Shown in pieces: positions 55,196 through 64,000 of a stretch of DNA of 64,000 bases. The notes below the pieces were generated by a model that saw nothing but the letters and a program-made list of their open reading frames with translations, ran no database searches and was not told the DNA's origin. The translations under genes and the position numbers were made by a program. Location: positions 1-64,000 of the IMG/VR virus record IMGVR_UViG_3300047564_002270; one strand, 5' to 3'. The stretch comes from a virus. Numbering within the stretch: the first letter of the stretch is position 1; each line of letters opens with the position of its first letter.

Positions 55196-55723
55196 ATGCG
55201 TAAAGAAAAATACGTTATCCCCCAAGTTGAATTTGTATTTCGTGAGAATGGTGAGTTTGTAACTCGTAAATCCGCAGAACTGTTCGATGGAAAGCGTGTG
55301 GTCGTGTTTAGTTTGCCTGGTGCTTTCACTCCTACTTGCAGTGCCTATCAGCTACCTGGATTCGAAGAGAGATACGACGACTTTATTGGTCTTGGCATCG
55401 ACGATATTTACTGCATCTCTGTTAATGATGGGTTTGTGATGAATGCTTGGGCACAAGACCAGAACATTGAAAAAGTAAAACTCATTCCAGACGGCAATGC
55501 TTACTTCACACGTTCTATGGGAATGCTTGTCAATAAGTCTAACCTTGGTTTCGGAGATCGCTCTTGGCGTTATGCTATGGTTGTGGATAACGGAGTCATC
55601 AGTAAACTTTTCCTTGAGGAGGGTATGCGTGACAACTCCGATACGGATCCATATGTGGAGAGCACTCCAGAAAACGTTTTTGAATATATTAAATCCACAA
55701 TCTTAGAAAAAGAATTGGTGTGA
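55196..55723 (+). CDS. peroxiredoxin (Prx5/Redoxin type)
   Basis: PGAFTPTCS, SVNDGFVM.AW and RSWRYAM. Confidence 0.92.
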   Translation: MRKEKYVIPQVEFVFRENGEFVTRKSAELFDGKRVVVFSLPGAFTPTCSAYQLPGFEERYDDFIGLGIDDIYCISVNDGFVMNAWAQDQNIEKVKLIPDGNAYFTRSMGMLVNKSNLGFGDRSWRYAMVVDNGVISKLFLEEGMRDNSDTDPYVESTPENVFEYIKSTILEKELV

Positions 55724-55783
55724 TGTTGAGGAGGGTTTAAACCCTCCTTTTTTAATAAATAGATTTGCTGAATAGGTAATCGT

Positions 55784-56476
55784 ATGAAAGTAGATCTTCA
55801 CAACTTCTTTTTAAATTATGATCCTAAAAATCCAAAGCATGTTGCTGCAGTAGAACAACTAGAAGTGGATTTGTCCAGTAAAGAACCTGATTTACTTGAA
55901 GATACTTCAAACTGGGTTAGAATTTTTAGAACTAAAGTTGATCCAGTTATTCCTGGAATTTTAAATGTTCCCTATTTTCCACAAACTGATAATTACAGAG
56001 ATGCTGATCGCACTTGTAATTCTTCCTCTTGTGCAATGTGTTTAGAATATTTTAAACCAGGCACTCTCAAAGGAGCAAAGGGAGATGATGCTTACATTCA
56101 GAAAGTATTTGCCATTGGTGATACAACTAATCACGATGTTCAAACCCGTGTTCTTAAGGATTACGGAGTTAATTCTGATTTTAGGTATAATCTTGGGTTT
56201 TCTGACCTTGATCGTGAGTTGTCTGCTGGGAGACCCGTTGCTATTGGCATACTCCACAGGGGCACTCTTTCTTCTCCTACTGGCGGTCACATATGTGTAG
56301 TGATTGGAAAGAAGGGTGAAGACTACGTTGTAAATGATCCTTATGGTTCTCTGAATGATGGTTATACAGGACCTGTTACAAATGGTAAAGGTGCTGTTTA
56401 CAAGAAGTCTGACCTTATGTATCGTTGGTTGACTAAAGGTAAAGATAAGACTGGTTGGGGTAGAATTTTCAAATGA
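55784..56476 (+). CDS. C39-like cysteine peptidase (putative cell-wall peptidase)
   Basis: VPYFPQ, TCNSSSCAM, GGHICVV and VNDPYG. Confidence 0.8.
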   Translation: MKVDLHNFFLNYDPKNPKHVAAVEQLEVDLSSKEPDLLEDTSNWVRIFRTKVDPVIPGILNVPYFPQTDNYRDADRTCNSSSCAMCLEYFKPGTLKGAKGDDAYIQKVFAIGDTTNHDVQTRVLKDYGVNSDFRYNLGFSDLDRELSAGRPVAIGILHRGTLSSPTGGHICVVIGKKGEDYVVNDPYGSLNDGYTGPVTNGKGAVYKKSDLMYRWLTKGKDKTGWGRIFK

Positions 56477-57090
56477 CAATTAAATTCATTGATGCAGTAA
56501 AAAACCATAAGGATTTACCTCACCAAAATGATGCCTGGGCATTTCTTCAAGCAACTGTTCATAAAGAAGTTTTAGATGAGTTTTCAAGAAGATTTAGAAA
56601 TGAAAAGATAGACCCTACTCTAGAAGGACTTCCAATTCCTGGTGTAGATTTAATAAAAAAGTTTGAAGGATGCCATTTAAAATCATATTACGATCCTCTT
56701 ACTGGAGGACTTCCTATCACGATTGGGTGGGGAAGCACTCGCAGAAAAGATGGAACTCGTTTTATGATTGGGAATACTATTACTCAAGATGAAGCAGATG
56801 ATCTACTTTATTATCAACTGCGCCGTGAGTTCCTTCCTTCATTACAAAAAATACCTTATTGGAGAGAGATGAATGAAAATCAACAAGGCGCAATTCTTAG
56901 CTTTGCTTATAATCTTGGCGCTGATTTTTATGGAAGCCCTAACTTTAATACGATAACCAAAGCACTCAAGGAAAAGAGATGGGGTGATGTTCCTGCTGCT
57001 TTAGAACTTTATCGCAATCCTGGAACAAACGTGGAGGCAGGATTACTTCGTAGAAGAAAGGCAGAAGGTGCTCTGTGGTCTAAAAAGTAG
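56473..57090 (+). CDS. GH24 lysozyme (endolysin)
   Basis: IKKFEGC..Y.D...TIGWGST; SFAYNLG; GLLRRRKAE. Confidence 0.9.
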   Translation: MTIKFIDAVKNHKDLPHQNDAWAFLQATVHKEVLDEFSRRFRNEKIDPTLEGLPIPGVDLIKKFEGCHLKSYYDPLTGGLPITIGWGSTRRKDGTRFMIGNTITQDEADDLLYYQLRREFLPSLQKIPYWREMNENQQGAILSFAYNLGADFYGSPNFNTITKALKEKRWGDVPAALELYRNPGTNVEAGLLRRRKAEGALWSKK

Positions 57091-57091
57091 T

Positions 57092-57427
57092 TCAGTAAGG
57101 TTTAGCAATACCCTCATTTAACATTTTTTCATTAATGGTTACTGGGTCTCCCACAAAATAAAGAGTTCCAAGTATTCTTCCATACTTATCTTCTTTTGTT
57201 GTTTCAATTACCCACTCTCCTTCACGGGAGAGTTCTTTTTTTAACCACTCTTTTGCCGCTAATCCTTTTGCCTTTTCTTCTAAATTTAAGGTCTTTGTTT
57301 CTGCTGTATTGATGCCTTTCAGACGAACTCTGTGAGATAGTGTAATACCAAATCCTAAATCAATATCTAAATCTACAGTGTCTCCATCAATGACTCTGGT
57401 GATCTTCTTGATCTTGTATTGATACAT
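57092..57427 (-). CDS. SNase/thermonuclease-like protein
   Basis: RVIDGDT, RLKGINTAE and DKYGRIL. Confidence 0.85.
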   Translation of the reverse strand: MYQYKIKKITRVIDGDTVDLDIDLGFGITLSHRVRLKGINTAETKTLNLEEKAKGLAAKEWLKKELSREGEWVIETTKEDKYGRILGTLYFVGDPVTINEKMLNEGIAKPY

Positions 57428-57530
57428 TTAATTCATCTGTTGCTTCTTTAAGTATGTAGTAGATTATCCAAGCAACTCCAAGCAATCCAATACCTAACAT
57501 TATAATCACTGACCAAACTACTTCACTCAT
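57387..57530 (-). CDS. small membrane protein
   Basis: single TM segment in the minus-strand operon. Confidence 0.45.
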   Translation of the reverse strand: MSEVVWSVIIMLGIGLLGVAWIIYYILKEATDELNVSIQDQEDHQSH

Positions 57531-57816
57531 TTTTATTATCCTCAGGTTTCCTCTTAAGGTCCGCTTTAAGGGCGATGATAGTTGCAAGTAGAGACATTAG
57601 AGTTTGAACGGATTCTGAAGTATTATCGTCACACTTACTGGGTGGTTTTGCTCCAGTTTGATTAAATGCTTTGACTAGATACAAGTAATGAAGACTTGTC
57701 ATTACTTTAAAATTACAAATTATATAATTTGTAAAGGTCATACCAACGATTGATGCTGCGACAAAAGCAACTAACATTGGGACAATATTGTCAAGGGTGG
57801 GGTATTTAATTTTCAT
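57523..57816 (-). CDS. two-TM hypothetical membrane protein
   Basis: two hydrophobic segments. Confidence 0.55.
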   Translation of the reverse strand: MKIKYPTLDNIVPMLVAFVAASIVGMTFTNYIICNFKVMTSLHYLYLVKAFNQTGAKPPSKCDDNTSESVQTLMSLLATIIALKADLKRKPEDNKNE

Positions 57817-58004
57817 CTTCCTTCTTGTTTATGTATCCAAGTCTTCAATTCATCTAAATATTTTCTTAACATTTCTGCTTTTGCGAGGTGCCACTCATCA
57901 CCGCTCTTGAAGTATTCTTGCGTGTGATTGTCGATGGCTTTTAGAATATTATGGATAGGAGCATTCCAAGGCTCACGCTTTGGAGTATTCCATTCTCTTG
58001 GCAT
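57813..58004 (-). CDS. hypothetical protein
   Basis: GAGG RBS; MPREWNTPKREPWNAPIH. Confidence 0.6.
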   Translation of the reverse strand: MPREWNTPKREPWNAPIHNILKAIDNHTQEYFKSGDEWHLAKAEMLRKYLDELKTWIHKQEGR

Positions 58005-58010
58005 AATTCC

Positions 58011-58112
58011 TCACTTTTTCTTTCCGCCGTTCTTTGCTTTCTTCGCAGTCGCATTACCTTGATTTTGTTTTGAAGGTCCTTTTTTTCCCTTCTTGTTAGG
58101 CGACTTAGACAT
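58011..58112 (-). CDS. 33-aa Lys-rich peptide
   Basis: MSKSPNKKGKKGPSKQNQGNATAKKAKNGGKKK behind minus-strand late-type ATAAATA. Confidence 0.5.
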   Translation of the reverse strand: MSKSPNKKGKKGPSKQNQGNATAKKAKNGGKKK

Positions 58113-58194
58113 TATTAGTCCTTATGATACATGAGTATTTATGGCATTGACATACTTATAAAAAGTATGATAGTATAAAAAAAAATTTATTAGT

Positions 58195-58770
58195 ATGCCA
58201 TCTTCGATAAATGTATTCAATGATATGATCAAAGATCATCTGCAAATAATTAATCCAAGCACAGTTTTGGATGTAGGTGCAGGTGCAGGAAAGATGGGAT
58301 ATCTTTGTAGAGAAGCAGTTAAACATTCTCGAATAGATTGTATAGAGCCAACCGAATCTTATATCGATACGTATAAATTAAATACAATTTATAATAAGGT
58401 TTATAATACATCAATTCAAGATTTTGCAACAAAACATTGTCAAAATAGATATGATTTAGTTATTTTTGGCGATATCTTAGAGCATTTATTTCGTTCTGAA
58501 GCCATTGATTGTTTGGACTTTATTCTCTATAGAACAAATTGGGCAATGATTGTTTGGCCCACAAACTTACCTCAAGATGATTGGGGAGATAATACTTATG
58601 AAATTCATAAATCAAATTTTAAATTAAATGATATTGCTTCAAAATTTGATGTTCTTTACTATAAGAAAAAGTTTTTGGGGTATCACAATAATAATTCTGA
58701 ATATCCTTCTTATGAACTTAATTATTGTCTTATGAGAGGACACGCTGCTAAGAGAAATATTTCCTTGTAA
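58195..58770 (+). CDS. class I SAM-dependent methyltransferase
   Basis: VLDVGAGAG and DILEHL. Confidence 0.82.
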   Translation: MPSSINVFNDMIKDHLQIINPSTVLDVGAGAGKMGYLCREAVKHSRIDCIEPTESYIDTYKLNTIYNKVYNTSIQDFATKHCQNRYDLVIFGDILEHLFRSEAIDCLDFILYRTNWAMIVWPTNLPQDDWGDNTYEIHKSNFKLNDIASKFDVLYYKKKFLGYHNNNSEYPSYELNYCLMRGHAAKRNISL

Positions 58771-58869
58771 TCGAAAAATTTGGGGAAGACCCCTTGACTT
58801 CCTTTTCAGGAAGTGTTATGATAAATACAACATCAAGTTAAGAACTGTTACAACTTCTTAATCTTTGTG

Positions 58870-58938
58870 CTCCCGTTAACCGAGACCTATGGGAGGGTAA
58901 ATCACGTCTCTCATATCCACACTGGAGGGTGGTGTGGA
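58870..58938 (+). ncRNA. PhotoRC-II-like structured psbA leader
   Basis: CTCCC/GGGAG stem with loop GAGAC pairing to downstream GTCTC; TCCACAC/GTGTGGA hairpin. Confidence 0.7.
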
Positions 58939-58989
58939 ACATAATGATACTAGTTCGTCCCCCCGAACTCATATCTAACACTCTTACAA

Positions 58990-60069
58990 ATGACTGCTAC
59001 AATTTCACGTCAACGACAACTTAATACTTGGGACCAGTTCTGTAACTGGGTTACCTCAACCGACAATCGTCTTTATGTCGGGTGGTTCGGAGTCCTTATG
59101 ATTCCTTGCCTTCTCGCTGCTACAACTTGCTTCATTATTGCATTCATCGGTGCTCCCCCTGTGGACATTGATGGCATCCGCGAACCAGTTGCTGGTTCTC
59201 TGATGTATGGAAACAACATCATCTCTGGTGCCGTTGTTCCTTCTTCTAATGCTATCGGACTTCACTTCTATCCTATCTGGGAAGCTGCTTCACTTGATGA
59301 GTGGCTTTATAATGGTGGACCTTTCCAACTTGTTGTATTCCACTTCCTCATTGGCATCTATGCTTATATGGGTCGTGAATGGGAACTCTCCTATCGTTTA
59401 GGTATGCGTCCTTGGATCTGCGTTGCTTACTCGGCACCTGTTGCTGCTGCTTCTGCTGTATTCCTTGTATATCCTTTCGGTCAAGGTTCTTTCTCTGACG
59501 CTATGCCACTTGGCATTTCTGGTACTTTTAACTACATGCTCGTATTCCAGGCAGAACATAACATTCTGATGCACCCCTTCCATATGCTTGGAGTTGCTGG
59601 TGTGTTCGGTGGTTCACTGTTTTCTGCGATGCACGGTTCTCTGGTTACTTCTTCACTGGTTCGTGAAACCACTGAGAACGAGTCACAGAATTATGGTTAT
59701 AAGTTCGGACAAGAAGAAGAGACATACAACATCGTTGCTGCTCACGGGTATTTTGGTCGCCTTATTTTCCAATATGCTTCCTTTAATAACTCGCGTTCGC
59801 TTCACTTCTTCCTTGCTGCCTGGCCCGTTGTAGGCATCTGGTTTACTGCTCTTGGTGTTTCCACGATGGCTTTTAATCTCAACGGACTGAATTTTAACCA
59901 GAGCATTCTGGATAGTCAGAACCGTGTGGTTAATACTTGGGCTGATGTTCTCAACCGTGCTGGACTTGGTATGGAAGTGATGCACGAGAGAAACGCACAT
60001 AACTTTCCTTTAGACCTTGCTGCTGCTGAAGCAACTCCTGTTGCTCTCACTGCACCTTCTATTGGTTGA
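58990..60069 (+). CDS. psbA: photosystem II D1 protein (intronless, Glu130 form)
   Basis: full D1 sequence; MGREWELS; HNFPLDLA. Confidence 0.99.
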   Translation: MTATISRQRQLNTWDQFCNWVTSTDNRLYVGWFGVLMIPCLLAATTCFIIAFIGAPPVDIDGIREPVAGSLMYGNNIISGAVVPSSNAIGLHFYPIWEAASLDEWLYNGGPFQLVVFHFLIGIYAYMGREWELSYRLGMRPWICVAYSAPVAAASAVFLVYPFGQGSFSDAMPLGISGTFNYMLVFQAEHNILMHPFHMLGVAGVFGGSLFSAMHGSLVTSSLVRETTENESQNYGYKFGQEEETYNIVAAHGYFGRLIFQYASFNNSRSLHFFLAAWPVVGIWFTALGVSTMAFNLNGLNFNQSILDSQNRVVNTWADVLNRAGLGMEVMHERNAHNFPLDLAAAEATPVALTAPSIG

Positions 60070-60165
60070 TAAACAACTCTTATCAAAATGGGGTCCTTCG
60101 GGACCCTTTTTTATTGCTAAATAGTTAAAGTTATGCTATAATAACTTTAACAACTAAAAACGATT

Positions 60166-60600
60166 ATGAAAACTTGTAAAATCTGCAATCAACTAAAACC
60201 ACTTACGGATTTTTATCAAACCGTAAGAAATGGAAAACCATATGGTCATCACGGAAAATGTAAATCTTGCTATGTAAAAAAACAACAAGAGAATTATGAC
60301 CCTATTAAAAAACGAGATGAAAACTTGAAAAGAGTTTATGGTATTGGTATTGAAGAATATAATATTCTTTTAGAAAAACAAGGACATAAATGTGCTATTT
60401 GCAAATCTACCGACCCAAAAGGCAGAAAATCTGGTAGAGGTGGTGGAGTAGATGTTTTCTATGTTGACCACAATCATAAAACTGGTGAAGTAAGAGGTCT
60501 TCTTTGTAATGTTTGTAATAGGACGATTGGATATGTTAATGAAGATGTTGAGTTGATTAAGAGTATGATTGATTATGTTAAAAGGCATAAAGACGATTGA
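60166..60600 (+). CDS. Endonuclease VII-family homing endonuclease (F-CphI-like position)
   Basis: CKIC..CKSC; YGI..Y..L..Q..CAIC; VDHNH..VRGLLC..CN. Confidence 0.88.
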   Translation: MKTCKICNQLKPLTDFYQTVRNGKPYGHHGKCKSCYVKKQQENYDPIKKRDENLKRVYGIGIEEYNILLEKQGHKCAICKSTDPKGRKSGRGGGVDVFYVDHNHKTGEVRGLLCNVCNRTIGYVNEDVELIKSMIDYVKRHKDD

Positions 60601-60631
60601 ATACATAAATACCTAAAAAGTATCGATACAA

Positions 60632-60886
60632 ATGAAAACTTTTAGAGGGTTTATATTGGAGTGTGAATTGATTGAAATGGCTCAAAGAGAAAAACTTCCC
60701 GTAGGCAAAATGCTCAAGCAGGCTGCAAGACATAAAGACCCAGAACGAGTTGCAAGAATGGGTGAGGTTGCTGACAAGTATGATCCTGAAAAGTCCAAAA
60801 GAAAAGAGGAAGATAATAGACGAACAGGAGGACGTAAAAGAGATGCGGGAAGACCTAGAAGTAATGAACTTCAGGATAATTGGTAA
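60632..60886 (+). CDS. probable head-internal small protein
   Basis: late-type ATAAATA upstream; MKTFRGFILE N-terminus. Confidence 0.55.
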   Translation: MKTFRGFILECELIEMAQREKLPVGKMLKQAARHKDPERVARMGEVADKYDPEKSKRKEEDNRRTGGRKRDAGRPRSNELQDNW

Positions 60887-61005
60887 ATTAAGATCTTCTT
60901 GATATTTGAGAGACCCGAAAGGGTCTCTTTTTTATGAGCACTAACACCCATTGACATCCTCCATAAAAAACCTTATAATAAATATTACAAATCGTTAAGG
61001 AGATT

Positions 61006-62067
61006 ATGGTTTCATCTACAATTTCTCAACCTATTCAACAAAGGGGGTGGTTCGATGTCCTGGATGACTGGCTTAAACGAGATCGCTTTGTCTTTGTGGG
61101 TTGGTCTGGATTACTTCTTTTTCCCACTGCTTATTTGGCCCTTGGTGGTTGGCTTACTGGCACAACGTTTGTTACAAGCTGGTACACCCACGGGTTGGCG
61201 TCTTCTTATCTTGAAGGCGCTAATTTTCTCACAGCAGCTGTTTCGACGCCTGCAGATGCTATGGGTCATTCTCTTCTTCTACTTTGGGGTCCTGAGTCTC
61301 AAGGGGATTTTGTCAGGTGGTGCCAACTTGGGGGACTCTGGACTTTTGTGGCGCTCCACGGAGCCTTTGCTCTCATAGGTTTTATGCTCCGCCAGTTTGA
61401 GATCGCTCGTCTGGTAGGTATCCGTCCTTATAACGCAATCGCATTCTCTGGTCCTATCGCAGTATTTGTTTCTGTATTCCTGATGTATCCACTGGGTCAA
61501 TCCAGTTGGTTCTTTGCTCCATCCTTTGGGGTGGCAGCAATCTTCAGGTTCCTACTGTTCCTTCAGGGTTTCCACAACTGGACCCTCAACCCCTTCCATA
61601 TGATGGGAGTTGCTGGTATACTAGGAGGAGCACTGCTCTGTGCAATTCATGGAGCAACTGTAGAAAATACATTATTTGAAGATGGAGATCAAGCGAACAC
61701 ATTCAAGGCATTTGAACCAACACAAGAGGAAGAGACCTATTCAATGGTTACAGCAAACCGTTTTTGGTCACAGATTTTCGGCATTGCTTTTAGTAATAAG
61801 CGTTGGCTTCATTTTTTCATGCTGTTTGTACCTGTCATGGGGTTATGGACTAGTAGCATTGGTATTATCGGTCTGGCTCTTAATCTTCGTGCTTACGACT
61901 TTGTAAGTCAGGAAATCAGGGCTGCAGAAGATCCTGAGTTTGAAACCTTCTACACGAAGAACATTCTACTCAATGAAGGTCTTCGTGCTTGGATGGCACC
62001 TACAGATCAACCTCATGAGAACTTTGTGTTCCCAGAGGAAGTTCTACCGCGAGGTAACGCACTGTGA
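61006..62067 (+). CDS. psbD: photosystem II D2 protein
   Basis: full D2 sequence; [12 protein letters not shown]; EVLPRGNAL. Confidence 0.99.
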   Translation: MVSSTISQPIQQRGWFDVLDDWLKRDRFVFVGWSGLLLFPTAYLALGGWLTGTTFVTSWYTHGLASSYLEGANFLTAAVSTPADAMGHSLLLLWGPESQGDFVRWCQLGGLWTFVALHGAFALIGFMLRQFEIARLVGIRPYNAIAFSGPIAVFVSVFLMYPLGQSSWFFAPSFGVAAIFRFLLFLQGFHNWTLNPFHMMGVAGILGGALLCAIHGATVENTLFEDGDQANTFKAFEPTQEEETYSMVTANRFWSQIFGIAFSNKRWLHFFMLFVPVMGLWTSSIGIIGLALNLRAYDFVSQEIRAAEDPEFETFYTKNILLNEGLRAWMAPTDQPHENFVFPEEVLPRGNAL

Positions 62068-62306
62068 ACGCTCAGTATTTTCTATACTTAGTTCTATTTG
62101 TATTTGCTCTTATCATTATTCTCAATGAGGATCACGATAATGATGATGATCAAGACGGGGGTATTTTACAACCCGTCTATTCACAAGGACAAAGTTAAAA
62201 ATAAATAAGAGGAGTTCTCTGAACTCCTTTTTTTTATGTTATTCATTCTCATAAGTTTCATACTCTTCGGATTTTTTATGTTTATTATGTCTATTACACA
62301 AGATTT

Positions 62307-62861
62307 ATGAAACGTATAATTTTTGCTATTCTTTTGGTTTTATTCTTTGTTCCATTAGAGTCTCAAAATAAAACTCTGAACAATTATGGAGTGAAGGATA
62401 GAACAATCACACCAACGTTGATAAGTAATACAGTTTCTAATATTCCTATCACAAAGGAAATGAGTTATAAGAAACTGGAAACTTTAGTCCCTTATATCAT
62501 AAAAGCAAGTCAGCAATTTAATATTCCAGAAAATGTTCTTGCTGCAGTTCTTTATGAGGAGATATTGCACCGCAAACCAGTTGATGTAAAGACCTTTGGA
62601 GTTGCGCAGATGGGAGTTCAGGAGTTAGTTATTCAAGGACTTCCACCAAAGAAGCAACTACTAGAAGATGATGAAGTATCTGTATGGTTACTTGCAAGCA
62701 AACTTCGCCGCCTTCAAAAGGAAACAGGTTCTTTAAAGACTGCGATTATATTGCATAATGGGTATTATGATTATTATGAGTCTATAAAAAAATCTGCAAA
62801 GGACACTAAAATATTATCTCTTTTAGAGCAACGTACTAGTAGAAAAACATTATTTGTCTAA
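62307..62861 (+). CDS. secreted lysozyme/lytic-transglycosylase-like protein
   Basis: signal peptide; ASQQFNIP..LAAVLYEE..GVAQM..HNG. Confidence 0.55.
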   Translation: MKRIIFAILLVLFFVPLESQNKTLNNYGVKDRTITPTLISNTVSNIPITKEMSYKKLETLVPYIIKASQQFNIPENVLAAVLYEEILHRKPVDVKTFGVAQMGVQELVIQGLPPKKQLLEDDEVSVWLLASKLRRLQKETGSLKTAIILHNGYYDYYESIKKSAKDTKILSLLEQRTSRKTLFV

Positions 62862-62969
62862 TGATTACCTCCGAAACTCCATACAAACTAGCAGAAATTA
62901 TAAGAGATACTTGGCCAGGTCTTTACAGAAATCCACGAGTGTCTTATAATACTAAAAACAATATACAAG

Positions 62970-63242
62970 ATGAACGAATATTGGATCGTAACAGAAAATA
63001 AGACTGGAAGAATTATTGCTCACTGTGGGGATATTAATGATGCGATAATGATGGTTTCTTTTGATCCTCAACATCGCTCATATAGTCGTCATCGTTTTCT
63101 TATGGATCAGGTAATTGATATAACTTCGACTACTGATAAACAACTTCCAGGTCAACAAGGACTTCCTGCAGGTAAAGTAGAACAACTCAATCCTCATAGG
63201 GAAAAACTTCCAGAAGGACAACAAGAACCTGTAGTTGTATGA
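62970..63242 (+). CDS. hypothetical protein
   Basis: 90-aa ORF. Confidence 0.55.
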   Translation: MNEYWIVTENKTGRIIAHCGDINDAIMMVSFDPQHRSYSRHRFLMDQVIDITSTTDKQLPGQQGLPAGKVEQLNPHREKLPEGQQEPVVV

Positions 63243-63366
63243 ATAAAATAAAAAAAGTTATTGAATTCTTTGAAAGAGACTCTGATATTACTTTATATGA
63301 TGAGTGGCATTACATTTATATCACTATTAAAGAATGTATTAAAATATTAAAAAGTAATTAAATAAT

Positions 63367-64000
63367 ATGATAAAAGTATTATTCTTTGGTATAGAAACAA
63401 AAGATCATATGTGCGAATATGATTTTATCGTAAATGAATTACTTCCTAGTCAAGTTGAACGGGACGATTATTTTCTATCATTAGAAAATATTAAAAATAC
63501 TACTGAAAAATTTGATATTTTTGTATATTTCTGTAGAGAACCTCAAAATTATTCTTGGAGTTATATACCTACTTATAATGAAGTTTTAGAGGCTGTATTA
63601 AAAACAAATCCAGAAATTATAATACAATTATCTGATGAGTTTGTGAGTGAAGATTTGCAAGATCATAATAAATTAGCAAATTACTGTCAATTATTTTTAA
63701 GAAATTATCATCATAAAAATTATTTTTATACTGATAATACTGTGCATATTCCACTTGGTTATACGAATGAATGTAAAGTATTTCAAGAAAAGAAAGATTT
63801 AAATTGGTCTTTTTTGGGTGAGATTAAATCCGATAGATCCAAAATGATTACAAGTTTTTTAAACATTCCAAATCATTTTGTTGGTAGGTCTATGCCAAAA
63901 GATGAAATGTGTAAAATATATTCTAGATCAATTTTCGTTCCATGCGGCCGCGGTAATTCTTCTTTGGATTGTTTTAGACTTTATGAGGCATCTATGAATG
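63367..64000 (+). CDS. exostosin/GT47-like glycosyltransferase (truncated by window end)
   Basis: open frame from ATG 63367; IPLGY, WSFLG, SIFVPCGRGN..DCFRLYEA. Confidence 0.7.
   Translation, partial: MIKVLFFGIETKDHMCEYDFIVNELLPSQVERDDYFLSLENIKNTTEKFDIFVYFCREPQNYSWSYIPTYNEVLEAVLKTNPEIIIQLSDEFVSEDLQDHNKLANYCQLFLRNYHHKNYFYTDNTVHIPLGYTNECKVFQEKKDLNWSFLGEIKSDRSKMITSFLNIPNHFVGRSMPKDEMCKIYSRSIFVPCGRGNSSLDCFRLYEASMN

Overview
A 64-kb segment of a T4-like cyanomyovirus (Synechococcus/Cyanobium-type phage, probably freshwater), almost entirely + strand. In order it holds: the replication module (VWA + CobS-like AAA ATPase, gp45, gp44, Dam, gp62, RegA, Hsp20, gp43, UvsX, gp41, MazG); probable head-internal proteins; gp61, nrdA and nrdB; a large tRNA region (24 tRNAs for 19 amino acids, no Cys, plus tRNA-like and other structured RNAs) with four free-standing homing endonucleases; a GDP-sugar/glycosyltransferase cluster behind a manA/wcaG-type RNA; a host-like gene block (porin, pstS, two hli, petF, peroxiredoxin, psbA, psbD); and lysis enzymes. 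The most unusual element is a late-promoter cassette at about 35.3-39.6 kb. It has a ~300-nt structured leader, a divergent ~65-nt small RNA complementary to that leader, a hendecad coiled-coil protein, a Cys-flanked GPP collagen, a paralogous fibre protein, a papain-like protease, two very Tyr-rich small proteins and a membrane-anchored coiled coil. I interpret it as a candidate spore-coat-like or virion-cloak assembly. Atypical tRNAs are also present: Thr-AGU, a long-arm UAU tRNA with a 4-nt D-loop, and a tRNA with no canonical anticodon loop. All calls come from motif recognition by eye; no database searches or folding programs were run.
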